A stretch of DNA of 64,000 bases from a virus (Duplodnaviria > Caudoviricetes), in IMG/VR virus record IMGVR_UViG_3300032225_001322, positions 1 to 64,000 of that record; one strand, given 5' to 3'. Both the position numbers and the translations under genes were made by a program. This document shows, piece by piece, positions 17,743-26,271 of this stretch (the first letter of the stretch is position 1; each line of letters begins with the position of its first letter). The notes beneath the pieces are model-generated. The model did not search any database. It was given only the letters and a program-made list of their open reading frames with translations, and had not been told where the DNA came from.

Positions 17743-17904
17743 ATGAAAGGCTCAACAATACAAACACTAAGTGAATATATTACTCAATTGCACAACAACG
17801 AACAATTAAGAAGTCAACTCGAACAACCTGACTTTGACACAACTATACATACTACTACGGACTATTGTCCACCGGAGCGTGAATCTCCATCTACTGACAA
17901 CTAA
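17743..17904 (+). CDS. small hypothetical protein (53 aa, MKGSTIQTLSEY...)
   Basis: Read manually; TAAATA and AAGGAG upstream. Confidence 0.5.
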   Translation: MKGSTIQTLSEYITQLHNNEQLRSQLEQPDFDTTIHTTTDYCPPERESPSTDN

Positions 17905-17987
17905 AGTACTAGTATTATGACTACAGTATTTTATGTAAATATTGAGTCAATATAAAAACTTTAAGGAATTGGCCCTGAATTATTTTT

Positions 17988-18014
17988 AATAGCCCGTTGT
18001 TAGGGCTATTTTTT
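17988..18014 (+). terminator. intrinsic terminator between convergent genes
   Basis: AATAGCCC-N7-GGGCTATT followed by a T tract. Confidence 0.75.
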
Positions 18015-18023
18015 ATTAATAGA

Positions 18024-18383
18024 TTAGCCTTTGGGTATGATCCCAGTCCATGATTCATCTGGTTCGTTTTCTTTGTATTCGTCTAGTCGAGCATTTAATA
18101 TTTCGTAAAAAGAGTCAACTTGGCCGCCCCAAAAACCTATTAACTGTTCTGTTGCCTGTTTACAAAAATCCCAATTACGATTTTTATAGTTTTCTATCAA
18201 ATCAGCGTGTATTTTAATATATGTTTCTGCTTTGGTTAATTGCTCTAGGGATATGTTTTCTACTACACAATAGACTGGTGTTGGGGCGCCATCCTTGATA
18301 GTTATAGTGTCTAGTTCTAATACTATATATTTGTTTCTTAATTGATCTGCTTCTTGTTTGCCGAAAATAATATTCAATTTCAA
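18024..18383 (-). CDS. protein resembling the C-terminal extension of class III adenylate/guanylate cyclases, lacking the catalytic core
   Basis: LELD.I.IK...PV... Y..RNW... P...W.G pattern. Confidence 0.55.
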   Translation of the reverse strand: MKLNIIFGKQEADQLRNKYIVLELDTITIKDGAPTPVYCVVENISLEQLTKAETYIKIHADLIENYKNRNWDFCKQATEQLIGFWGGQVDSFYEILNARLDEYKENEPDESWTGIIPKG

Positions 18384-18403
18384 TCTCCTGTTAAATAGTT
18401 ATC

Positions 18404-19192
18404 ATGAATTTCAACTTTGATTTAATTTCCGATATACACAGAGAAACCTGGCCTTCGTTTGATTGGGAGGGGCAACCTACATCACCTTACTGCATTGTAG
18501 CTGGCGATGTAGCAAGAGACCGCGCACTAGTAATTGATACCTTAGAAAGATTAAGTGATGTATATAACGGAGTATTTTATATAGATGGTAACGATGAGCA
18601 TAAAGACTATGCTGAAGAACTAGGTCGTAGTTACGCTGAACTACATGAACTTATTAGGCCCATGGGTAAAGTTGTTTTTTTACAAGATAATGTTGTTATT
18701 ATTAACGGTGTCGCTATTTTAGGAACCAATGGTTGGTGGAGTTATGATTTTGATCCCGATATGGAATTGGATCAATCTGTACAATGGGTAAAAGATAAAG
18801 ATAAAATTAGCGAGGCGGCCGCTATGAATATTAATGGTGTAGGGTATCACGATGTTGGCTACATGGTTAACGGCGTACAAAAATTACAAACACATAATGA
18901 TGTTAAAGCTATTATTATGGTTACTCACACAGTACCACATCCAGAACTTATACAACACGATTTAGAATTAATTCATACTTGGCGCTATAACTCCATGGGT
19001 AACAGTCACATGAGAAGTGTGTTAAGAGAAGATTCAGAATCTAAAATTAATACTTGGTGTTTTGGTCATTATCATAGACCGGTTGACACAGTAATTGACG
19101 GAATTAGATATGTAAGTAATCCTCGTGGCAGAGGTGACACTCCTTACTCGCAAATTGCTTATTATCCAAAAAGAATTACTATAGCTATTTAA
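18404..19192 (+). CDS. calcineurin-like metallophosphoesterase
   Basis: SDIH, AGD, GNDE (GNHE variant), THT.P and FGHYH motifs. Confidence 0.88.
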   Translation: MNFNFDLISDIHRETWPSFDWEGQPTSPYCIVAGDVARDRALVIDTLERLSDVYNGVFYIDGNDEHKDYAEELGRSYAELHELIRPMGKVVFLQDNVVIINGVAILGTNGWWSYDFDPDMELDQSVQWVKDKDKISEAAAMNINGVGYHDVGYMVNGVQKLQTHNDVKAIIMVTHTVPHPELIQHDLELIHTWRYNSMGNSHMRSVLREDSESKINTWCFGHYHRPVDTVIDGIRYVSNPRGRGDTPYSQIAYYPKRITIAI

Positions 19193-19497
19193 ACTGACTC
19201 GGGTTCTAGTTTAACTTGCAAAGGCATATTTACTGAACGAGCGCACAGAGTTACTTCGATGCCTTTTTGCTCAGCAATCTCATAAGGTAATACTGCTACC
19301 ACTGCTGATCCTGCTTCGTGGATGTCTTGTGTAATTTTTACAGCGGTATCTGTGCTGTAATCGAAAAAATTCATTAAAGTTTCAATAACAAATTCCATAG
19401 TTGTGCCGTTATCATTTAGATAGATAACTTTAAACATTGGCGGCTCTGTAAGCTCATTATTAACGTGTATTTGTGATACTACATCTGCGTGTGACAT
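19189..19497 (-). CDS. clpS: Clp protease adaptor ClpS (start MSHADV)
   Basis: P.MFKVI.LND..T.MEFV..., IH..G..VV...YEIAE.K. Confidence 0.92.
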   Translation of the reverse strand: MSHADVVSQIHVNNELTEPPMFKVIYLNDNGTTMEFVIETLMNFFDYSTDTAVKITQDIHEAGSAVVAVLPYEIAEQKGIEVTLCARSVNMPLQVKLEPESV

Positions 19498-19554
19498 TCT
19501 CAATCCTTTTGTAAGTAGGGGGCGAAATGCCCCCATACTGTATTTACTATTGTA

Positions 19555-20001
19555 TTACGATTCGTAAGTAATAGCAATAGACTTTGGCTTCATTGCTTCT
19601 GGTACTTTGCGTTCTAATTGAACACTTAGGATACCGTTTTTAGATGTCGCACTAATTACTTCAACATAATCAGCTAAACTAAAAGTACGCAAAAAATTAC
19701 GAGCACTAATACCTTTGTGAGCATATTCGTGGCCTTCGGGTAATTCTTTATCTAACTTTTCGCCTGATACAATTAAATTATTATCGCGAACTTCAACATT
19801 AACTTCCCCTTCGTTAAACCCAGCGATAGCTACTTGTACTTCAAAAGCTTCTTCACCGGTTTTAATAATGTTATAGGGTGGGTAATTTGTTGCGTCGTTA
19901 CCATGTTGATCGATTTGATTAACAATACGATTAAACAAATTATCAATGCCGATAGCATTGCGGTAAAATGGATTGAGATCCAAGGTTGTGATTTTTGTCA
20001 T
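19555..20001 (-). CDS. small heat-shock protein (Hsp20/IbpA-like)
   Basis: YPPYNI, AIAGF, HKGISARNF.R.F.L and NGIL...L...PE..KP..I.I. Confidence 0.95.
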   Translation of the reverse strand: MTKITTLDLNPFYRNAIGIDNLFNRIVNQIDQHGNDATNYPPYNIIKTGEEAFEVQVAIAGFNEGEVNVEVRDNNLIVSGEKLDKELPEGHEYAHKGISARNFLRTFSLADYVEVISATSKNGILSVQLERKVPEAMKPKSIAITYES

Positions 20002-20057
20002 ATTTTTCTCCTTTGTTTAGCAAGATGACATAGACGAACCCAAACTGCGGCATTCGT
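20002..20057 (-). promoter_or_regulatory. ROSE-type RNA thermometer in the hsp20 leader
   Basis: UCUU(G)CU pairs with AGGAGA; upstream hairpin ACGAAU(G)CC...GGGUUCGU. Confidence 0.75.
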
Positions 20058-20110
20058 ACAAGTATTTATTATACTACAAAATCATTATATACAAATATAA
20101 TTCGGAAAAA

Positions 20111-20332
20111 TTAATACATCTTTTTTGGAAGTTGCTGATCCCTGAGCTTTTTGCGCCAGCGAGCTTTTGCGGCACCCTTTTTACGCTTACGCTCGGTTGT
20201 TGGTTTTTCGTAAGTTTCGCGGGCACGAAGTTCATCAAGTAGGCCGGATTCTTGTACCTTTTTCTTGAACTTTCTAAGGGCTTTTTCTACATTGCCATCT
20301 TTAACCAATACGCTATTGCCGTAAAAACTCAT
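20111..20332 (-). CDS. rpsU: 30S ribosomal protein bS21
   Basis: [15 protein letters not shown]...G...ELR.RE.YEKPT..RKRKK.AA..R. Confidence 0.95.
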   Translation of the reverse strand: MSFYGNSVLVKDGNVEKALRKFKKKVQESGLLDELRARETYEKPTTERKRKKGAAKARWRKKLRDQQLPKKMY

Positions 20333-21519
20333 TCATTCTCCTGTGCGAGTGTTGTAGGAGTATTTACTAATTTAGATGTGATTGCAACTGTTGAAATACT
20401 TTGCTTACGATACCGGGGCAAATCGTACATGTGGGGCAATAATATACGCTCTAATTCGGAGTGTAATCCTCTGGCTCCGGTTTTAGTTTTAAGGGTACGC
20501 TCGGCTATGAGATTTAACGATTCGTCCTCAAATGACAATTCTACACCATCTTGATTAAATAACCATTGATATTGTTCCACAAAATTATGTTTAACTTCGG
20601 TTAAAATACTAATAAGTTGATCTTTAGTCAATCCATGTAAACTTACTGATGAACTAAACCGACCTACAAATTCAGGAATCATTCCATACTTAACTAAATC
20701 ATCAGGAGACACAGTTTCATAATCTACTATAGCATCTGTAGTAAGTTGGGCACCAAATCCCATGGCTGTTCCTTGTATGCGATTTTTAACAATCTTTTCA
20801 AGTCCAACAAATGCCCCGCCTGCTATGAATAAAATATTTGTAGTGTCGATTTCTACACTAGCATCAGATTTTCTGCCACCTGCAGGGTTGATCTTAATTT
20901 TAGTGCCTTCAACTAATTTAAGTAAGGCTTGTTGTACGCCTTCGCCAGAAACATCTCGACTCACAGTAGCACTTTCACTTTTTCGAGCGATTTTATCAAT
21001 TTCATCTAGGAATATAATGCCCCTTTGTGTGCGTTCTATATCGTTATCGGCATTTTGATATAAGCGAGTTATTACAGAATCGACATCGTCACCAACATAT
21101 CCTGCTTCGGTTAATGTAGTAGCATCAGCCACAGCAAACGGAACATTTAAATATTCAGCTACAGTTTTAGCTAATAATGTTTTACCAGTACCAGTAGGTC
21201 CAATCATGAGTATGTTTGATTTGACTACTTCGTTTTCAGGACTACTAATTCGTTTATAGTGATTAGTAATAGCAACAGCTAAAACTATTTTAGCTTCTTG
21301 TTGCCCTACTACATATTCATCTAGATATTCTTTGATGTCTCGAGGATCCGGAATATCTATTGCTGATGATTGCTTAGTATTAGTCTTTTTATTTTTTATT
21401 AATTTGTCACACAACTCCACGCATTCGCTACATATTGCGACTTCGTGACCTACTATTAATCTACTAACAGAACTTTTGTGTTTGCCGCAAAAAGAACAGT
21501 TATCAATTTTTTCTGGCAT
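20329..21519 (-). CDS. clpX: Clp protease ATP-binding subunit ClpX
   Basis: CSFCGK...ICSEC zinc domain, [37 protein letters not shown] loop, TGARGL. Confidence 0.97.
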   Translation of the reverse strand: MPEKIDNCSFCGKHKSSVSRLIVGHEVAICSECVELCDKLIKNKKTNTKQSSAIDIPDPRDIKEYLDEYVVGQQEAKIVLAVAITNHYKRISSPENEVVKSNILMIGPTGTGKTLLAKTVAEYLNVPFAVADATTLTEAGYVGDDVDSVITRLYQNADNDIERTQRGIIFLDEIDKIARKSESATVSRDVSGEGVQQALLKLVEGTKIKINPAGGRKSDASVEIDTTNILFIAGGAFVGLEKIVKNRIQGTAMGFGAQLTTDAIVDYETVSPDDLVKYGMIPEFVGRFSSSVSLHGLTKDQLISILTEVKHNFVEQYQWLFNQDGVELSFEDESLNLIAERTLKTKTGARGLHSELERILLPHMYDLPRYRKQSISTVAITSKLVNTPTTLAQENE

Positions 21520-21520
21520 A

Positions 21521-23158
21521 TTATCCTAAATCATCAGAGTTTTTAAGTTTTTTGGCTATGCGCTCACGCTCGATATCACTTAACAAATCGGGATCATATT
21601 CCCCTGATCCAATTTTTTCAATAAGATGATCAATATAAGCATCGTCGTAAATATAACTGTCACTTAGATTTTTATTTACTTTTATCCACTGAGTGCCATT
21701 ATATTTGTATAGCTGACTTGGTAAGTTGTCAACTCTTAAAAACATATCTCCTTTTTTAGCCGTCTTGGGAAATTCTATACCAAAGCCTTGAACTTCTCCA
21801 ACTGTTGGTTCATTGTCAGCTTGTAAATGTAATTCTTTTAAATTAAGTAAGTCGCGGTCACTTAGTCCAAGACCTTCAACATGATCTATATGCTTCCATG
21901 GTAATTCTGTTATTACACTATTTCTTAAATCATCTAAATATTGTTTGTATGTTTTGTCAGGATTTTGCGATTTCCACATACGCATGACATGCTTTTCCAT
22001 ATCGCTGCCATAAGGTTCAATGTCTGTTGGTTCTTCGACAACTATTTCTTCTTCAACAGGCTTAGGTAAAGTAGTCGGGCTGATAAACATCCAACCAGGC
22101 GGGGTTGGATCGGTATGTAGTGTAGATTTAGTATCATTTGGTCCATTATCAAACAGTCCCATAGCACGATAATAATCTTCTGGAGATATATCTGCAGGCT
22201 GATCCACTACAGGTTCGCTATCTTCTACATCTCTAATCCAAAATTGACTTTCGTCTATAATAACATCATCAGTAGTAGTTTTTTGTTGTTTATCCCAAAA
22301 CTTAGCTCGGTTACGAGCGCGGTCAAACCAAGATTCTACAGATTCTTCCTCTTTTATTTCTTTATTATCTTCTTCTTTTTTACTTGTCGCTAGGATGTTA
22401 ATACCTCGCTCCCATTCAAAGGTCTTGGTAGCGGCCAATAAAAGTGTAAGGGCTAGTGGGTCAAACACAATAACAATTAAAATAATTACCCAGCGTACTG
22501 CTTTTTCTAGTACATTAGCTTCAGGATTGTCACCGTAGATAAGTGCGGCAATATATTTGATTGGCCCTACTTCTGCTTCGACCTTACGAGCTTCACTAGC
22601 AATAGGAGCTCGTTGTTCTTGTAGTTTAGTAATTTCAGTTTGAGCCTTACTAATATCGTTTTGTAAATTACCACGCTCCTTGGCTTGGCTTCTACGAATA
22701 GCTACTGCTTTATCTGCGCCTTTTTCGTCCGAACTACGACCCATAACTTGATCTACAGCCGTGTCCATTTGTGCCAGGGCCGCCCGAGCTGTTTTAATAT
22801 TATCTTTTTGTGTCTGGATCTTATCGTCAAATATTTGAACTTGGGCTTGGACATCGCCTGACGGTATTGCTTGGTCCAAGTGTGCCTTGGATAAAAATCC
22901 AAACACACCCATACTAGTTAATACCATAAGGATAGCTACAGCCGAGGACAGATAAACTTTATATTGTAATTCAGCTTTATCCCAATATTTGTGCAACCAA
23001 AGCGTGGTAATAATCTTACCAATCTCTAAACTGCCGCCCAGCACTACAATAGGCCAAAAAGCCGCAGCAAAAATGGCTGTTAACCCGAGTATAGAATAAA
23101 CCGCCGATGATAATGAAATTATCAGGGCTGTAATAAGTGTTAAGTATCCAAAGATCAT
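21521..23158 (-). CDS. membrane-anchored coiled-coil protein with acidic C-terminal region
   Basis: Three N-terminal TM segments, coiled coil, VFDPLA TM segment, acidic tail. Confidence 0.75.
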   Translation of the reverse strand: MIFGYLTLITALIISLSSAVYSILGLTAIFAAAFWPIVVLGGSLEIGKIITTLWLHKYWDKAELQYKVYLSSAVAILMVLTSMGVFGFLSKAHLDQAIPSGDVQAQVQIFDDKIQTQKDNIKTARAALAQMDTAVDQVMGRSSDEKGADKAVAIRRSQAKERGNLQNDISKAQTEITKLQEQRAPIASEARKVEAEVGPIKYIAALIYGDNPEANVLEKAVRWVIILIVIVFDPLALTLLLAATKTFEWERGINILATSKKEEDNKEIKEEESVESWFDRARNRAKFWDKQQKTTTDDVIIDESQFWIRDVEDSEPVVDQPADISPEDYYRAMGLFDNGPNDTKSTLHTDPTPPGWMFISPTTLPKPVEEEIVVEEPTDIEPYGSDMEKHVMRMWKSQNPDKTYKQYLDDLRNSVITELPWKHIDHVEGLGLSDRDLLNLKELHLQADNEPTVGEVQGFGIEFPKTAKKGDMFLRVDNLPSQLYKYNGTQWIKVNKNLSDSYIYDDAYIDHLIEKIGSGEYDPDLLSDIERERIAKKLKNSDDLG

Positions 23159-23165
23159 ATAATAT

Positions 23166-23567
23166 TTAGCGCCAAGTCCTATGTTTTTCTGCTACCCATT
23201 CTTTGCCATCGTATTCTTCGATATACCAGTCTACATCTGCGGGGATTTCTACAACCTTAAGTTTAGCATACTCACCGTTGGCTTTGCTACCTAAACGGCA
23301 AACTGTAGTGACTAATGCTGGATCATCTCTAACAATACCGCGGTTAGAAAATTCTACTCCATTTACTATAATTTTATCACCTAACCGAATTTGGGTATCA
23401 CGGTCTTTTTGAGGTTCTGATTTGTAAGTAATGCCTGCTAGTTCTAAATAAAGTAATTCGCCCGTTCGGCTAAGACTAAATCCGCCGTAGGTTGAGTTGA
23501 TCACAATGCGGCGCACTCCACGAAGATGTTTGATAAGTTCTTCGTGCGTTGGGTTTACTTCTGCCAT
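23166..23567 (-). CDS. conserved hypothetical phage protein
   Basis: VIN..YGGFSLS ... RDDP.LV ... LKVVEIP...W.I.EYDG.E. Confidence 0.75.
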   Translation of the reverse strand: MAEVNPTHEELIKHLRGVRRIVINSTYGGFSLSRTGELLYLELAGITYKSEPQKDRDTQIRLGDKIIVNGVEFSNRGIVRDDPALVTTVCRLGSKANGEYAKLKVVEIPADVDWYIEEYDGKEWVAEKHRTWR

Positions 23568-23776
23568 TTGCTAAGTGTAATATTATAGTCGCGTTCAGCA
23601 TGAACTAATCGTGATTCTAAAGTGTTAATCCTTTTTTGGAGATTAATAGTACGGATCATAAGAATAACCAATACTACTACAATCAAAGTAACAGTAAGAC
23701 CCCACCCAGCAACTAACCCATAAGTCCATAGCCAAAGGCTGTCAACAGTTTGAGTTAATAGTTTAATTGGGTTCAT
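23555..23776 (-). CDS. small membrane protein
   Basis: TM segment plus coiled coil. Confidence 0.6.
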   Translation of the reverse strand: MNPIKLLTQTVDSLWLWTYGLVAGWGLTVTLIVVVLVILMIRTINLQKRINTLESRLVHAERDYNITLSKWQK

Positions 23777-23973
23777 AATTGTTTTCTTCTAAATTCAACA
23801 TTTTCTTCGGAAATAGTTTTACATAATTTTTTATAATACGCAATATCTTCGATTAATTTTTTATTTTTTTCTTTAAGTTCTTCTTCGAGTACTGATGATT
23901 CAACTGGAGCATTATTACTTTTGGCTATACCAAAACCTAGTATAAAACCAATAACTCCAAATATAATATCCAT
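23773..23973 (-). CDS. small membrane protein (likely start MDIIFG)
   Basis: TM segment plus coiled coil; TAATG coupling. Confidence 0.6.
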   Translation of the reverse strand: MDIIFGVIGFILGFGIAKSNNAPVESSVLEEELKEKNKKLIEDIAYYKKLCKTISEENVEFRRKQL

Positions 23974-24167
23974 TACTCTGGTTTCCCGCCTGTACAAGAG
24001 CCGCCTTCAAACCAAAGTCCTTGTGCTTCTTTTTGATACTGGGCTAAATCATATTCGTCTTTTTTAGCTTTATATGCTTCTTCAGTAAGGGCATGCCAAC
24101 CACAACATTTACCGGTTGGGCTACGACCACAGCCACACATTCCTGCTACTTCTGCTCTAGGCATCAT
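23973..24167 (-). CDS. CDGSH-like iron-sulfur protein
   Basis: CGCGRSPTGKCCGWH matches C-x-C-x2-S-x4-C-x-G-x-H. Confidence 0.65.
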   Translation of the reverse strand: MMPRAEVAGMCGCGRSPTGKCCGWHALTEEAYKAKKDEYDLAQYQKEAQGLWFEGGSCTGGKPE

Positions 24168-24481
24168 ATTTCTTCTCCGTATTCTTCGTCAAACTCATCA
24201 CGCCCGTACCAATCGCGGAACTCTTCTTTAAACGATTCGTCGGCGGTTAACCAATGCTCAATGGCCTCGCGGTCTTCGTCACTTATAGAAGAAAATTCAG
24301 AACGGAAATATCCGGCCTGTTCTTCGCTGGCTTCTTCACGCTTTCCCTCGGCTAATTCCCAATCATCTTCGTCATCTGAATCAGCCAATTCGTCGGCTTC
24401 GATCCAAGTATCCCATGCCATACCGTGCGCTTCTTCGTTCAAGCCTTCAATAATTGCGTATGCTTCTTCTAAAGTTTTCAT
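24164..24481 (-). CDS. highly acidic hypothetical protein
   Basis: Very Asp/Glu-rich, 105 aa. Confidence 0.7.
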   Translation of the reverse strand: MKTLEEAYAIIEGLNEEAHGMAWDTWIEADELADSDDEDDWELAEGKREEASEEQAGYFRSEFSSISDEDREAIEHWLTADESFKEEFRDWYGRDEFDEEYGEEI

Positions 24482-24494
24482 AAATTTTCTTTCT

Positions 24495-25688
24495 TTAAAA
24501 TGGCCAACCTCTTGGGTCTGCTTCTTTAAGTTCTTCTACTTCAGGTACTGGGATTCTTTCTAATGCTACTACAGGATCCCATTCCTTACAATATTGTTCG
24601 CGATTCTTGCGACCTTTGGCTGTCATAGGATCATAATCAATCCAACTAAACTCAGTACCATCACAACCTAGGCAATGTTCATTACCTTCGTCATCTTCTT
24701 TACGATCTTCGCTCTTGCCGATCCACCCACATTTTTTATTGTCGCAAACAATATTTGGTGGCTCTGGTGGTTGATTAACCCAACTTGTTGTGTCCCAATT
24801 ATAACCTTGCCAATATACAATACTGTCGTCGGATACAATATCTTCTTTACCGTAGTTGAATTCTACAAAGTTTGTTCCGTTCCAATATAAACTACCATAG
24901 GTAGTTCCATAACCCCAATTACAACGATACCAACCTTGATGTACTGGTTTGTGTTTTTTAAATTTAAACTCGGGAGATTTTTCCCAGTCGTCGGGACTTG
25001 GTCCAGACTCAGGAACTTCCCAAGAGTCCGACGGCTCAAATACTTCCTCGTCGCCACTTAAAATCCATTTATTTTCAGACCATTTACCTGTTGTGCTGTA
25101 ATCGTTATTATCTACATCTTCGCCGTCATACATAACTCCATTACTTAAATACCATCCGTCGGCATCACAATAACATATTTTTAATTTACTGGGGTCAAAT
25201 GGCGCTTTGAGTTCGATTTCGCCGCCGAACAATAAACCTTTTTCACCCTGTGCTCCAAAAAATGCTACCTGGCCTTTGGGTAAACTGTCATCGATATAAT
25301 ATTCTTCATCTTCCTCAACTTCGACACCAGCATTTTCTAATGATCCAATATCTAACGAGCAAGACCAAATCATGTTATCATTTTCGTCAAAGACTTCTAC
25401 TGTATTGCCATCATCCATAGTAGCGCCAGATGCGTGAATTAAATTATCACATTCGTACGCACTACCGGCAGGAAATGGTTGAAATTCTTCTGGAACCTCT
25501 AGCTCATCATCCCACGAGCTAGCATATTCCTCGATATCAATATTGTTATCTTTGAAATAGTCATATATTTTACGGTCAACTGACCCAATATAAACTTCAC
25601 CACCGTAGGCGCCTAGCTCAATTCGATATGTGCGTGGTATGAACTTAAGAGTTTGGATAAGTTCTTCTTGTTCTTTGATTGTTGCCAT
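24495..25688 (-). CDS. acidic multidomain protein with C-terminal zinc ribbon
   Basis: CDNKKC ... CLGC. Confidence 0.7.
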   Translation of the reverse strand: MATIKEQEELIQTLKFIPRTYRIELGAYGGEVYIGSVDRKIYDYFKDNNIDIEEYASSWDDELEVPEEFQPFPAGSAYECDNLIHASGATMDDGNTVEVFDENDNMIWSCSLDIGSLENAGVEVEEDEEYYIDDSLPKGQVAFFGAQGEKGLLFGGEIELKAPFDPSKLKICYCDADGWYLSNGVMYDGEDVDNNDYSTTGKWSENKWILSGDEEVFEPSDSWEVPESGPSPDDWEKSPEFKFKKHKPVHQGWYRCNWGYGTTYGSLYWNGTNFVEFNYGKEDIVSDDSIVYWQGYNWDTTSWVNQPPEPPNIVCDNKKCGWIGKSEDRKEDDEGNEHCLGCDGTEFSWIDYDPMTAKGRKNREQYCKEWDPVVALERIPVPEVEELKEADPRGWPF

Positions 25689-25843
25689 TATTCGTCCTTG
25701 TTAAACTGAGATATAAACCACACAACTATATAACCTACCAAAATGGCCGCCGCCATTGTGAGTAAAGCTTCGATTACCCATATACCTAGTTCCATGTAAT
25801 TCTCCCTAATGATTATACATTATACAATCACTAAAGTATTAAA

Positions 25844-26092
25844 TCAACTTTTTATTTTACCATTTATGCTTACTAGAGCGCCACGAAAATACCAATCCCC
25901 ACCTAATTTATCGTTAGGTCGCCCGGATATTTTTCGAAAACTAGTGCCAGGTCGATTTTTAGCGTCTAGCGTAAATTCATAAAATTCGTCGGGTGTTAAA
26001 ATATATTCTTCTACTGGGCCCGATGCTGTGGCATCAGCACAAGCCATTTCCATTTGTTCAAAAATATTAAATTTTCTGCGTTTTATTTTCAT
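25844..26092 (-). CDS. hypothetical protein
   Basis: TAATG coupled. Confidence 0.6.
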   Translation of the reverse strand: MKIKRRKFNIFEQMEMACADATASGPVEEYILTPDEFYEFTLDAKNRPGTSFRKISGRPNDKLGGDWYFRGALVSINGKIKS

Positions 26093-26259
26093 TAGTAATT
26101 TTCCTTAACCATATAATATTGTGGCTTTGGATACTTTTCCACTAGTTCCTCTGCCTTAATAAATTTATTCATTTCAGGAGCGGTGAAGAACATTTTGTCT
26201 AATATTTTTTTGTTTGTTCCAGTTTCCACAACAGTTAAGTACCAAGATTTGACAGCCAT
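26092..26259 (-). CDS. small hypothetical protein (55 aa, MAVKSWYLTVV...)
   Basis: Read manually; AAGGA SD. Confidence 0.6.
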   Translation of the reverse strand: MAVKSWYLTVVETGTNKKILDKMFFTAPEMNKFIKAEELVEKYPKPQYYMVKENY

Positions 26260-26271
26260 TTTATTTTCCTT

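Noticed and set aside
8524-21519. Bacterial chromosome or prophage-flank origin for clpP/clpX/rpsU/desaturase
   Set aside because: These genes are interleaved with phage-type genes and promoters and lack bacterial synteny (no tig-clpP-clpX-lon or rpsU-dnaG-rpoD)
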